From positions 35,342,001 to 35,406,000 of the forward strand of contig CM119371.1 in the NCBI GenBank assembly GCA_051294905.1: a stretch of DNA of 64,000 bases. Reading direction: 5' to 3'. Both the position numbers and the translations under genes were made by a program. This DNA comes from Botryllus schlosseri (Eukaryota). The notes under the pieces are model-generated. The model made no database searches and had not been told where the DNA came from. It saw nothing but the letters and a program-made list of their open reading frames with translations. Shown here one piece after another: positions 9,779 to 22,309 of the stretch. Positions within the stretch are counted from its first letter, which is position 1; the number at the start of each line of letters is the position of its first letter.

Positions 9779-12700
9779 TCATGCTCGGAATCGAGGGGGC
9801 ACGTTAATCATTCTTCCGAAGCGAGTCTTCATCTGCTTGTTGCGCGTATACGTCGTGTCATCCTGTTCACGTTGGGAGCTTTCGGGTGATCGTTGCTCAT
9901 GATCTGGAGATGGTATGGAACGATCACGCAAGGGCGGTCTACCTCTTGTAGGTGGTTGCGCCGCCACGAATGGATGCTCTTTGTCAATGTAGGCTGGTTT
10001 GAGTCTGTCCGCCGAAACAAGTTCTTCGCGCAAGCCAATCCTCAGTCTGAAGACCTTCTCTCCTGGGGAGATTACCTCGTATGGTCCGTCATACGGTCTT
10101 GTCAGCGGGTGCCCATGTGCGCCTCTTCGCACGAAAACGAATTTACTGTTTGATAAGTCCGAAGTCACATGAGCTGATGTGTTTCCATGAGACGAGGTAG
10201 GGGTTGGGCGCAAACTTCCGGCAGTTTCTCGGAGGCGGTTAAGCAGTGGATTGTAGTTTGTAACGGTCTCAGGCGTGGCCATGAAATCTGCTGGCACTGC
10301 TATTGTCTCACCGTACACAAGCTCCGCCGAAGTCGACCCTAGGTCCGCTTTTGGCGTGGTTCGAAGTCCAAGTAAAACCCACGGTAGCTCGTCTACCCAG
10401 CCTGGATGCGTGCATCGAGCACGCAAGGCAGCCTTCATAGAGCGGTGGAAGCGTTCCACCAGTCCGTTGGCTTGGGGATGGTACGAAGTGGTCCTGTGAA
10501 GTTTGGTGCCGAGCAGTTCACAAACTGCGTCCCATAGTCTGGAAGTGAACTGAGGCCCTCGGTCAGATGACATATCTGCCGGAACGCCAAATCTCGCCAC
10601 CCAATTATACAGCAGTGCGCGGGCACATCCGGCGGCGGAAATGTCGGAAATCGGTATGGCTTCGGGCCACCTGGTGAACCTATCGACAATTGTAAGGAGA
10701 TACGTGTATCCCCGCGAGTGAGGCAAGGGGCCTACGAGGTCGATGTTCAGATGACTGAAACGCCTTTCCGGAACACGAAACGTTTCAAGAGCAGTTTTCG
10801 TGTGTTGGGTGACCTTCGACTGTTGGCAGGCGATGCAAGACCTGCTCCACTGGTTCACGTCTTTTGCAAGACCCTTCCACACATACTTGGCGCTTACCAA
10901 ATTCTTAGTGGTCCTAATGCCCGGATGGGACAAGGTGTGTACAGCGTCGAAAACCCGTCGTCGCCACGATGGTGGAACCACCGGCCTCGGTGTCCCAGTG
11001 CTGACGTCACAAAGCAAGGTGGACCGCCCACCGTCAAATGGAATCCTCTGTAACTCAAGGCTGGTATCGCGTAGATCAAGGTCCGTTTGTTCTCGTGCCA
11101 TCGCTTGGAAATCAAGGCCGTCGTCGATAGCGTTGACGGTGGCACGCGACAGTGTGTCCGCTACCGAGTTGCTTTTCCCAGAAACGTGCCGTATATCAGT
11201 CGTGTACTCACTGATTGCGGCCAATTGTCTGGATTGCCTGGCCGACCACGGTACAGATTTCTTCGCCATAGCAAAAGTCAACGGTTTATGGTCGGTGTAG
11301 ACGGTGAAGTGACGTCCTTCCAGAAAGTAGCGGAATTTTCTGATGCTCAGATGAATCGCCAGCAGTTCCCTATCAAAAGCACTGTACTTTCTTTCAGCAT
11401 TATTCAGTTGACGGCTGAAGAAGGCTAACGGCTTCCAAACACTCCCCAACTTCTGTTGGAGGACGCCTCCAACAGCCACATCCGACGCGTCTACTGTTAA
11501 GGCGGTTGGCGCGTCCGTTTTAGGATGCACCAAGAGCGTGGCCTTGGCTAAAGCAGCCTTAGTAGCGTTGAAAGCCGTGGTCATGTCTGTTGACCACTGG
11601 ACAGTTTGAGTCTTGGATTTACGACCTGCGGTTGCTCTGTACAGAGGCTGCATAATTTCCGCAGCACTCGGTAGAAATCTGTGGTAAAAGTTCACCATTC
11701 CATTAAATTCCATAAGTTGCTTGACCGTCCGAGGCGCAGGAAAATTGCGGATTACCTCCACCTTCTCAGGAAGAGGCTTGATGCCGCTGGCTGAAACTCG
11801 ATGGCCGAGGAAATCGAGCGTGGACCGGCCAAATTGACATTTGGTGGGGTTTATCACATGCCCGTGTTCACGAAAACGGGAGAATAATGTCCGTAAGTCT
11901 GCTAAGTGCTGTTCTTGGTCTTGGCTCGCAATTAAGACGTCGTCAAGATAAACAAACACGTTTTGAAGCCCTTGACAGACAGAATCCATCAAGCGTTGGA
12001 ATGTTTGTGCCGCGTTTTTCAAACCGAACGGCATTCGTAGAAATTCAAAGAGTCCGAAAGGCGTGGTGATTGCAGTCTTCGCCACGTCCTGTGGCCTGAC
12101 GGGGATTTGAAAATATCCCTTCACAAGGTCGACTTTTGAAAACACCGATTTTCCATCCAAGTTGTGTGAGAAATCTTGAATGTTAGGGACCGGGTAACGA
12201 TCCGGTGTCGTGGCATCGTTCAAGCGCCTGTAATCGCCGCAGGGGCGGCTTTCGCCATTGGCTTTTGGAACTACATGCAGAGGAGACGCCCACTGGCTGC
12301 TGGACCTGCGTATAATCCCCAGTCTTTCCATGTTGTCAAACTCATCTTTCGCGGCTTTGAGACGGTCAGGGCGCAATCTGCGTGGGCGCGAAAAGACGGG
12401 TTGGCCGGTCGTTACGATGTGGTGTTCCACACCGTGTTTCGGCTGTTGTAGTTCAAAAGACGGTTTGGTAATCTCGCTGAATTCATCGAGAAGCTTCGAG
12501 TATACCGTATGTGGATGCTTTTCGACTACATGGAGTTGCATGTGACGAGACCATGACAGGTGGCCTACGACAGCTGTACGGCATGTAGAAGCTTCAAGGA
12601 GCCGTCGCCCACCTATGTCAACTAGGAGGCTATGCCGCAAAAGGAAATCTGCTCCGAGAATGGGACGAGAAACGTCCGCGAGGACAAACCGGCACTCGTA

Positions 12701-12952
12701 CGTTTTGGTACCGATGTGCAGTATTTCCGTTCTGTATCCATAAGTCTTGATCTCTGAGCCATTTGCTGCTACCAGAAGGGGATCGGTATTGCGAGAGAGG
12801 CGATCAGAGCGTAGAGCGGGAAGGATGCTAACCTGGGCTCCTGTGTCTACCAGGAACCCGCGGCCGGATTTGGCATCGTTGATGATCAAGAGGCAGCTAC
12901 GAATTCCACCAACCGCGTCAGCCTCTAACCGCGATCGGCGTCGTCGTTTCCC
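9779..12952 (-). CDS. pol: Pol polyprotein (protease, RT, RNase H, integrase), entered by a predicted -1 frameshift from gag
   Basis: FLVDTGA protease; LRMPFGL and YLDD RT; VDASD RNase H; HTLSH...CIAC zinc motif; IDLVG/SDRG/VERF DDE integrase; GPY module; frame open from the slippery site at 12946-12952. Confidence 0.95.
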   Translation of the reverse strand, partial: GKRRRRSRLEADAVGGIRSCLLIINDAKSGRGFLVDTGAQVSILPALRSDRLSRNTDPLLVAANGSEIKTYGYRTEILHIGTKTYECRFVLADVSRPILGADFLLRHSLLVDIGGRRLLEASTCRTAVVGHLSWSRHMQLHVVEKHPHTVYSKLLDEFSEITKPSFELQQPKHGVEHHIVTTGQPVFSRPRRLRPDRLKAAKDEFDNMERLGIIRRSSSQWASPLHVVPKANGESRPCGDYRRLNDATTPDRYPVPNIQDFSHNLDGKSVFSKVDLVKGYFQIPVRPQDVAKTAITTPFGLFEFLRMPFGLKNAAQTFQRLMDSVCQGLQNVFVYLDDVLIASQDQEQHLADLRTLFSRFREHGHVINPTKCQFGRSTLDFLGHRVSASGIKPLPEKVEVIRNFPAPRTVKQLMEFNGMVNFYHRFLPSAAEIMQPLYRATAGRKSKTQTVQWSTDMTTAFNATKAALAKATLLVHPKTDAPTALTVDASDVAVGGVLQQKLGSVWKPLAFFSRQLNNAERKYSAFDRELLAIHLSIRKFRYFLEGRHFTVYTDHKPLTFAMAKKSVPWSARQSRQLAAISEYTTDIRHVSGKSNSVADTLSRATVNAIDDGLDFQAMAREQTDLDLRDTSLELQRIPFDGGRSTLLCDVSTGTPRPVVPPSWRRRVFDAVHTLSHPGIRTTKNLVSAKYVWKGLAKDVNQWSRSCIACQQSKVTQHTKTALETFRVPERRFSHLNIDLVGPLPHSRGYTYLLTIVDRFTRWPEAIPISDISAAGCARALLYNWVARFGVPADMSSDRGPQFTSRLWDAVCELLGTKLHRTTSYHPQANGLVERFHRSMKAALRARCTHPGWVDELPWVLLGLRTTPKADLGSTSAELVYGETIAVPADFMATPETVTNYNPLLNRLRETAGSLRPTPTSSHGNTSAHVTSDLSNSKFVFVRRGAHGHPLTRPYDGPYEVISPGEKVFRLRIGLREELVSADRLKPAYIDKEHPFVAAQPPTRGRPPLRDRSIPSPDHEQRSPESSQREQDDTTYTRNKQMKTRFGRMINVPPRFRA

Positions 12953-13710
12953 TGTCGGGTCTTTCTGCGACGGGCGTAGCGCACCGTGTGCGGTGCCGAA
13001 GATTCACTTTTCTGCTTAGACACCAACTGGGCAAATGTGCACCCTTGTTTGCAGTTCGTAGCCTTCATACCGAAAGTTTTGTGGTAGTGACAAATGAAAA
13101 CTCCGGTTGCGCTGTCTACTTCTGCCTGTGGGGCGATATCCTGCGCGTCATGGCGTAGGGCGCTCACGTTGACTGTCTGAGTTGCGAAAAACACTCTATC
13201 CGCAACTTCGGCCAGTTTTTCAACATCTGTTTCTGCGGATGTGGCCAGCGCTGTTCGCACTGCAGCAGGTAGCTGGGCCAACCAGAACGCTCGCAGTAAT
13301 GTCTCTTGACTGCCACCTAGCGCACGCATGTGTCTCAACAAACCAGACGGCTTTCTGTCTCCTAAGCCGGCTATGTTAAGAAGTTCAGAGTCCTTAACTT
13401 CTTGTGGCTTGCCATATACTTTGATTAGCGCGCTTTTGATAGCAGGGTACTTTTCTGTTGCTGGCGGTTCAGTAAGCAGAGAGGAAATTTCGCTAGCAGT
13501 GGCGTTATCCAACACCGAAACCACATGGTTAAATTTCGTATCATCTCGAGTGATGCTTGCAGCCTCGAACTGAGCTTCAGCTCTAGCGAACCACAAAGTA
13601 GGGTTGTCAGTCCAGAGTGACGGAAGTTTAACGCTTACCGCATTAGCTGACGAAGGGATGACGAGTTTCTTCAGTGCGTCGGTCAATCCTTGCATAGCGG
13701 CGGTATCCAT
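12925..13710 (-). CDS. gag: Gag protein with CHCC zinc knuckle
   Basis: First ATG at 13710 (MDTAAMQ...); KLPSLW...WFARAEAQF N-terminal motif; CHYHKTFGMKATNCKQGC = C-X2-H-X9-C-X3-C. Confidence 0.9.
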   Translation of the reverse strand: MDTAAMQGLTDALKKLVIPSSANAVSVKLPSLWTDNPTLWFARAEAQFEAASITRDDTKFNHVVSVLDNATASEISSLLTEPPATEKYPAIKSALIKVYGKPQEVKDSELLNIAGLGDRKPSGLLRHMRALGGSQETLLRAFWLAQLPAAVRTALATSAETDVEKLAEVADRVFFATQTVNVSALRHDAQDIAPQAEVDSATGVFICHYHKTFGMKATNCKQGCTFAQLVSKQKSESSAPHTVRYARRRKTRQGNDDADRG

Positions 13711-13778
13711 GTTGGAAAGCGTCCGTATAATCCTGGCTGTGCACAATACTTGCGGTCTTCTGGAGTCTTCCAGGTAGT

Positions 13779-13790
13779 TCGGGGTCACCA
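13779..13790 (-). promoter_or_regulatory. Primer-binding site complementary to tRNA-Trp 3' end
   Basis: TGGTGACCCCGA one base after the 5' LTR; matches the start of the known tRNA-Trp PBS (TGGTGACCCCGACGTGAT). Confidence 0.85.
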
Positions 13791-13791
13791 A

Positions 13792-14068
13792 TGTAGGAAC
13801 TCGTTTCCTACTGAGTAGTTAACTAACTACGTAACTCTCATTTCGATACTGAGAACGCCAGACAAGTACAGTTACACTCAATCTGTAATCACAACAACAA
13901 TAATATATACATGCTCTCTGACTGGCACCTTTTGAGCGTGCAAGTCAGAGCGGTACGAATCTATCAGAATGTTAATATTCGAACGGTAACGCGTCAGGAA
14001 TAAGCGTAATACATTTGTGAGTCACGATCGCTTGGATATAGTTTGTAGGTGTATTATGTGCAGCTACA
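13792..14068 (-). repeat. 5' LTR
   Basis: 277-bp direct repeat of 9472-9748. Confidence 0.97.
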
Positions 14069-14529
14069 GGGCTGTATAAAGGGGCGATGAGTAGAAAAAG
14101 GTTGGGAACCACTGGTTTGTATTTTGTATTTTATTGAGCATTTTTTGGCGCTTATCACCGATAAGGTCATTTGCGCCCGATCATGAATATTGTCCTTTTA
14201 CTTGGTCTTTTGCTCGTGGTACGATTTTTGTGGACTACGTCCAGTCACACTCTCATCCGCGTCTTTCACTCTCTCTAGCACGCGTGCTCGTCAAAGTGAG
14301 TTGCAGCCGATTTTCGTAAGCTCGACTTTACTTGCTTCATCTGGGCTTTTCGTACGACGCTCGTTTAAAGGATAGTTATTCATTGAAAATTGAACATAGA
14401 TAAACATACCCATAAATAGAAAGATCAGAATAAGTCAAAATTTTGTCAAAATTGTAGCGTTAGGTCAAAAATTGTCAAATTTGTTTAAAAGAAGTCAAAA
14501 AACTTTTTTGAAACCAGCATTTCGTATGA

Positions 14530-16975
14530 GGCGGGATTTTTGGACTGTCGATGATCTTATCATTTGACATTTTACAGCTTGTCCTACTTCATAAGCCTAC
14601 CGTTTTAAACGGCTATAGTTGTCTGCTCATTGTGAATCATAAATATTCAAATAAATCAAATAGGTAGACATGGTGTTATGGTCAACGTACCGCAATATCC
14701 TAACTGAAAAAAGACTTATTGGGCATTGTATCATTCTTATATTAAGAAGCCCATAATGAAAAAGTGTGATGTTGACAGCATTGTCGGAATGAAGCAAAAC
14801 GGTGTGTCACAAACAGTGTACGCACAACTTGAGTCTTGTCAGCCAACAACTGTTGCTGTGGAACGTCCTTGGCAAGCTTCTTGTTAAGGGCATCCACTTT
14901 CTACCCAATAATGTGGTAAAGTATCTCTCGTTGAACTACAAAATTTTTCAATTATTTCTGCCATAATACGTATTGTAATCACTTGAATTCTTCATAGTAC
15001 CAGATTTCGTGGAAATACTGTTTTTTTCATGTAAAAATTTTTGTGTTTCCAAGCCAAAAACGTTTTTTTTTCAGGCCAAACTACTTCGTTAGGGCAGCCA
15101 TCTCTAACCAGAAATGAAGTTATGTGATACAATTTTACCATTATGTGGGAAAACACCTCATTTGCATATGGTAGATCAAAATTTTGATTTTTAGGTCAAA
15201 ATCTTCCTTTTTTAGGTAATGAAAAACGTCCTAGTCATAAGTAGAAATAGTTTTTAGAAATGAGTCGTAACTGCAAAGTTATAGGTAGCCACTGCACTTG
15301 AATTTCTTATTAGTTTTATTTCAATTATTCCACATCAGAAAAAGTAGCAAGTATTTATGATTTTCGTCCGCATTCATCCTGATTTCAATCCGCACCGCGT
15401 TCGTCAGCCGCATTGCAATTTGTTTCTATCCAACAAGTGCGTACCATCCCACAGGTTTGAAAGCACTGGTGTAATCCGATGGTATACAACAGGCTTGTCA
15501 AACTCGACTGACGTCGCAGGCCGGATTCAACAATTCAGATCGCTCGCGGGACGCACCAAAATACCTCAGTCACAAAATATCTCAAAGTCCATTCTTTTTT
15601 TTTCATTTTAATACTTCATCAACCTGCCTATATACGCAATAGTATATTACATTACATTTCGGGTCATGGGGTTCTATTCTAGCTACACCTTTATTCGCAA
15701 ACACTCCAATTGGCTATAATATGAGGATTGTGCGGGTAAATACAGTCATAAATAGGGTTGCATTTACAACTAAAACCAATTTAAAACGAACATTTTTAAA
15801 ACAAGGCCCTTTATAAAACATTTCTTTGAAGCCAAGACGTCACGAATATTCAATTGTGACGTCACAGTGGATTGGCATTGACAATTGAAAATATAGGGTA
15901 AATATAGCTCCTTTGACGAAATATATGTATTATTGTTGTTGAACCGAGTATTTTGAGGGTTCCAACCATCCCATATCGATATACGTCGGCTACATCTGGT
16001 GGTAATTGTCCGTAGGCTCATACAACATGTCTTTTAGAAAGTATTTACACAATTATGGCATAATTTTACAACTTGAAAAAAAAAACAATTTTTTTTAGAT
16101 GGCCTTTGTTTAAAACTTTGTTTAAAACATTGTTTAAAACATGATTTAAACAAAGTGTTTTAAAATACAGTTTGTTTCAATTGCAACCCTAGTGCTCGAT
16201 AATACACGCATTTGTCAATCTACTCAGAATTGCTTCGCCGGCCATATGTTTGACACCCCTGATATACATGAATGATGTGTATAATATAAATAACACCATG
16301 CCCGTAACAATTAGCTAACGTTTTTCACCGATTGTCCAGTATAATGCCTAATTCTGACTTCAAGCATACTTTCCGGGTGGCTTGAACTGATGTGATTTAC
16401 ATTTTCGCAAACGGTGATGCAATAGTGATCAATGTATTCTAAAAGCTCACGTAAAACCGCACAGCCAGTCACCAACCCGATCGCTAGACCGGAAAACCAG
16501 TCGGAGCGTCAAGAATATTCAGTCAATAATTGCATCTATCAAAATCACATGAGCGGTAATAGCTTCCATTGAAAAAAAGTGTAATTGCATTTCGCCCTCG
16601 GGCCGCCAGCTATAACACTAACAAATCGTTCGTTGACATTCCACGTTGACATTCGATACTGAATCAGTCTGGTTCTGCGTCAGCTATTCGAAGGAGAAGC
16701 ACTAAGCATTTCAGAGGCGTTGTCGCGGTTAGTTTCGTGTTGTTGCTCCATATATCGCAGGTTTGCGTATGAGCAGGAATAGTTGTTAAAGTATACATTA
16801 TCAGATTAGATACGAATCATGTCACCACGCTTACGCATAGACTTTTAACAGATTCTTGATGTCAGCAGTCGGTTCAGTTCATCTCAAATCAGAATAACTT
16901 ACACCGTGATATGCATTACGTACCGTAACGTATCTCATGTCTGAGTCCGTCGTCGCAGGTCTCGGACATTGTCAT
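14530..16975 (+). repeat. ~2.4-kb duplicated segment (second copy ~49825-52250) containing several MITEs
   Basis: Colinear high similarity; paired spurious ORFs 15357/50645 and 15770/51098 in the ORF track. Confidence 0.9.
15490..16261 (+). mobile_element. hAT-type MITE with nested TAGGGTTGCA-ended element (15753-16191); duplicate at 50778-51521
   Basis: CAGGCTTGTCAAAC...GTTTGACACCCCTG ends; imperfect 8-bp TSD (ATATACAA/ATATACAT in the 50.8-kb copy). Confidence 0.75.
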
Positions 16976-19900
16976 TTATGGATGACTAAAAAAAAAAAAA
17001 AAAAAAAAGTCTTCATTTCGCTCAGAGCTGAAATCACCGCTTTTCCTCCGAAATACCCGCCGGAGCTTCACTTCTGCGCTAATTTGCGGCATATCACTCG
17101 CAATTTCCTCCATATCTGACCTCAATTTTCAAAAAAGAGGACAAAATCTCAAAAAAGAGGACAAAAGGGCGTCCTCCGAGGACACTTTCAAAAAAGTCAA
17201 AAAAGAGGACAAATCCTCTTAAAAGAGGACGTATGGTAAGCCTAGTTGACTGGGGCTATACTGTTACATGCGTAGCAGTGCAGCGCGCGACTTCTTATGT
17301 GTACTGTATTATCAACTCCTTATTCGTTCTTCAATGCAGAAAATACGGGCTCCCCATTTATATTTAAAACGGTAAAATGCAATGACTTTGAATGATGTCT
17401 CGTACTTTAAAAATTCATCTTGACTTGATTAGTGACTTGACTCGTGACTTGACTTGACTAGAGTCGAAAAGTGCAATGACTCGAGATGACTTGTGATTCG
17501 ACGGTAGTGACGTGAACCCAACACTGTATTACACAACGATGTATTCTTCATATCAATTTCATTGATTGGTTGAATAAGCATCATTCGCTGACCACCTACA
17601 TGTAGTGTATTTCGTTTTTGATGTTGTGTGATTGGAAGTCAAACTCACAGCAGAGTTACTAAATATTCACGAACGGCAAAGCTGATTATTTCGTGCTAAC
17701 TTTTGTAATAAAGCAAGTTAAATCTATGAGATTGGCCAGGAGCATGCTTGTTTAGTCGTTATATTTATTATGCTGCCCATTCATAGAGTGGCCCGAAGTT
17801 GAAATGCAAGGAATTTCAACGAAACACGTTATAATCACGTAATAATGTAATGTATGAAAAACGTTCATATTGCAGAACCTACAAAGGTTCGTTAGCTTCA
17901 CACACAGAACGCGAATGTGAACCTCACGTTCACACCATCCCTGGCCGAGAGCATTCATTCAGTAAATCGCATCAATCAAAATTAACAGGGCGATAGTATC
18001 TTTCGATTTCGACAGAATGCATTACATTTTGCCTTCGGGCGACCATAGTCATAACATTACCAACATAGCTGGTTTTGCATTGCGCATCGGTAAATGCGCA
18101 CGTGTAATCCTTTGATCTGGCAAGCAGAACGAAGCAACGGAATCGATCGTTGCCCTTCCACGTTTACATTTGATTCTTGATCAGTCTGATTCGGGGTATG
18201 CTCGCCGAATTATGAGGTGTTGCCGAGGATCGTTTTATATAGTTGTGTAAGAGATATCTAAAAGTTATAGATATTGCAGGCTTGTGTATGTGCAGAAATA
18301 GTTGCTATAGTCCAAAGTTATTACATCAGATACGAGTTATATGTCGCGATGCTTTCGCAGAAACCTTTAACGTTTTACTCGAGGTGTTCTCAAACTTTTT
18401 CCACATGCGTACCCTAAACGAATTATATGTATGTATGGTGCACCTCTTAGCAGCGTTGGGATGACTCGAGTCAGACTCGAGACAACTTTTTCGTATGACT
18501 TGACTTGACTCGAGTCACTTCGCAAAAATTACTTTACTTTACTTTACTCGGTGTTTCAGAAATGTGGATTGAATCGTGATTCGGAGCTAACTTTACGGGT
18601 CAATTTCAAGTCACCAAGTAAACGGTGTGGATTAAATCTCTGTATCTTGTTTATGTTAGGATTGTTCTCGATACGCCGGTGTGACTTGTGAGAGCAACGG
18701 GTCATTCACCGATTGTATCCTTCACTAATCCTCCATTGTTGCATCAAAGATAAATTGACTGAAAACGAAATAATCGCAGCTTACGTTTATGTACTTGAAG
18801 TGGAATAATAATCTAATTGCAACGTATCTCTGTTATTTAGACGGCGCGGTACCTACACCGCGCAGTTCCCACCTTAACCAACCCTCATGTATGATTTGAA
18901 TCTAACGAATATATATTATGCGCTTCTATTCTCACGGGTGTGTAGGTGGGTAGTGTATTGTACCGTAGCAATTTGATTCAACTTCTCGGCGCTTCGTATT
19001 CAATCTTCTATTTTGACTCACGTATTTATTAGGGATGGTGTGAACCTCTGAAAGGTTCAGGTTCGTGTGAACGCGAACCTTTTTGAAAGGTTCTGTGTGA
19101 ACACGAACGTGAAACTCGTGACGTCATTTTGCTAATTGCGAATTCCAACCTTATCTTCCAATGAAGTGATAGCCTATATTAATGTACACGATGCCTAGCG
19201 AAGACTCGGTCCACATAATGCCACAATGCTGAAGTACTTATTGGCGTATTAAACGTCGCTAAATGTATCAACCGCGGTAATCAAAGGATATAATAATTGC
19301 ATAAAATCAATACATTCCGTCGCTTTGCCAACAATTTCGACGAGAACTTACCAAGCAATATAAGCTTACGCCTTCACGGTCTTAGCCAGACCGAACAATG
19401 TGTTCGGAATCTGAGTATTGCTACATTTATATTGAGCAGAGTGTACAACGGGTCTCTATACTCGCTACCGATACCATAAACAACAACAAGTTATGCAGCA
19501 GTAGCAAGCACCTTAATCGCACGGATTTGGTTTAAATGATAGGCTACAGTAGATATGAAGTCAAGATTGACTCCGTACGCCCGTTCAATTTTTTACATCA
19601 GAAGACGATATCAATGTCATTGATTGGTTGAATAAGCATCATTCGCTGATTACGTATATATCGCTCGTGATGTTGTGTGATTGCGGGTCAAGCTCACATC
19701 AGAGAGTCACTAAATATTCATAAACGGAAAGCTGGTTTTTCCGAGAATATTTTTGCAACAAAGCAAGTAAAACTTTTAAGGTTGTCGAGGTGCATGCCGC
19801 ATGCTCGTTTAGCGTTGATTTTTTTATGCTACCAGCACCATCCACCGATTCTTTGTTTATTTATTATAATTGTGGTCACCGTAAATACTATTTTATTCAA

Positions 19901-20392
19901 ATCCGAATTTTTCGACGGCAATAACTCCGCTTCCACTGGTTGGAATTGAACCAAATTTGGTGAGCAGCGTTTCTATAGACAGCCTAACACTTTCATGGGG
20001 TGAATAGAAAATTTTTAAATTTTTTAATATTTATTTTTATGTAATAAATAGAAAACTTCTTCTCCTGTAGCAAAGCGGTTACTGGCTGGAATTGATCCAA
20101 ATTTTGTGTGCAGGCTTAAATCAGGCAACCTAACAATTTTATCAAGTAGCCAGTACGATTTGAGAAAAAAGTCATTTTTGAAGAGCCCTAGGCAACATAC
20201 GGCCCGCGGACAGTTTTCCGTCTTACATGATAATATTACCCGCGGCCCCAGTCTGCCTAGATTCCCCACTACTCGCTTAGTACGTCAAATTTTAGTTACT
20301 GTGTGTTATTATATACGTGAATGCGCACTTGCGCAGCGTGCGAGAGTGGAGCTTACGCGTAAATTCGTCGAAGCGAGAAGACTTGCATTATC

Positions 20393-20659
20393 TGTGGCGA
20401 GATAGCGCAGTGGTATAATCCAGTGCTACAACACCAATGGGTTGTGGGTTCGAGTACGACCGGGGTTGACTCCAGAATTCCTACCTAAGTGTTGGATGTT
20501 TATCTAGGCCCCTCCTCGCCATTTCATCCGCGTAAGCGGTGTCTTAAAAAGCCTAGAAGTGGGCCGTACTACAAGTCGACAGATACTGAATCAAAAAAGG
20601 AATATCGGCCTGGTGTAGATGACCATAGTAGTCGACAAATACCACAAACATCAACAACA
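20393..20659 (+). mobile_element. tRNA-derived SINE, family 1
   Basis: A/B boxes, (CAA)n tail, TSD ACTTGCATTAT at 20381-20391 and 20660-20670. Confidence 0.85.
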
Positions 20660-21321
20660 ACTTGCATTATTGATATTTACGATGTAGTCAACCCTAAAGT
20701 CATTTGCGGTGATCATGGTGTTTGTCGACTACAATGGCCATTTACACCAGGCTGATACTTCTTATCTTTGATTCTGTGACCGCCGACTTGTAGCACGGCA
20801 CACTTCTATAGGCTTTTATAAGTCGCGGCTTATGCCAGGGGTCGCCAACTCAAAACGGGTCGCGGGCCACTTTTCAAATTTCGTAGAGGACGCGGGCATG
20901 CATTCAATATCGAGATTATTAGGCCATACAGTTGAACAACGACGCTATCTCGTCACCTACTCAAGCTTAATGAATTGATATCTTGGTAAATTTGGGGTAC
21001 CTGGCTTATCGAACGCCTTGAAATCCTAATTAAGGATTGCACCGTCTGTTGATTGATCAGATAGAAGCAGACACGACGGCGCCTGTATGACAATGCTATT
21101 CTCAAAGCCACATTGTCTTCGCTATTATCGGCGAGAAATGGCTTTGAAGTGACATTGCTATCGTTAAAATACATTCATTAAATGTGATTTATTCCTTGTA
21201 TATGTGGATAAACGTGCGAATAATGTATCGATTCAGCAATCCGGCCGGCCAAGTATTTAATTTTCCTACATCCGACCCGCCGACTGGAGAAGTTGCCCGC
21301 CCCTGCTATAAAGGTATATCG

Positions 21322-22202
21322 CAGTGGTCGGGAACCTATGGCTCGCGAGCCATATATGGCTCTTTTGGGGATAAGATATGGCTCCTTGCCAAATATATAT
21401 TTTTGAACTGAATTGATCAATATTGCAGCGACTTGTTGGTAAATTTTCATCACGACCAGAATAATTATTCTCGTGGCAGGATAAACAAACATGTCTTTAG
21501 GAGGTAAAGACAATACCGTCTTCAGGTTTAGGGGCTCGGACCCCCTCTTTTCAAAATCATCAAATTTAAGTTACTGTCGCGAATTCTATGTACCCGACAC
21601 AAAATCTTTAATTGAGCGATACGTTGATTAATCAAAGAGCATAGCATACATGGCGACGCCCATTCAAAACGCAGTTTTAAAATACTCATTGTCTTCCTGA
21701 TCTACGGCGCGGAATGAGCTGTTGTGGATGTGACATTCACAATTACAAAATCGAATTACAAACAACGCCATAGCTATTCACGTTCTTGATAAAATGTAGG
21801 CGTGTAGCGCAACGTTATGTTACCACCGAATACTTTGAGAATTTAAAAGTCGATAAGTATTAAGATTTTCCGAATCAGTGTTCAGCATTCGATTAATATC
21901 ATCAGTTTTAACAAATTCTGAGCTACTTACGATGGATTGTGTTATCAATGGTGAGGCTTGGCCCGTCAGTGCCTTACCCTTAGTTTCGAGCTTTATTTTC
22001 GAGCAATAAATACCAGTTTTTACAGAGAAAATATAGCGCACACGAGGAATCCCATGTAGTGACTTCGAATTAGTACTATGATGACGTCACGAATTTTCAA
22101 TTGTGAGGTAACAGTTGAATGGCATGTATGGCTCTTTGGGAGTTGAGATGGAAAAAATAGGGCCAATATGGCTCTTCGGACAAAAAAGGTTCCTGACCAC
22201 TG
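21322..22202 (+). mobile_element. hAT MITE (uninterrupted paralog of 30358-33818)
   Basis: TIR CAGTGGTCGGGAACCT / AGGTTCCTGACCACTG; TSD GTATATCG/GTGTATCG. Confidence 0.85.
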
Positions 22203-22309
22203 GTGTATCGGATATAAATGCATATCGAGTATATAAATGTATATCGGTCACATTGTAATTATGAAATAGTTTCGTTATTAGCACTGAGTAGAAAGACAGT
22301 GGTATAGAT

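Larger units (their letters stand above)
9472..14068 (-). mobile_element. Full-length Ty3/Gypsy LTR retrotransposon (CsRn1-like clade), 4597 bp
   Basis: Two 277-bp TG...CA LTRs, GGGC TSD (9468-9471 and 14069-14072), PBS, PPT, gag and PR-RT-RH-IN pol. Confidence 0.97.

Noticed and set aside
9893..13573. Plus-strand ORFs antisense to gag/pol
   Set aside because: Short, motif-free by-products of GC-richer coding sequence
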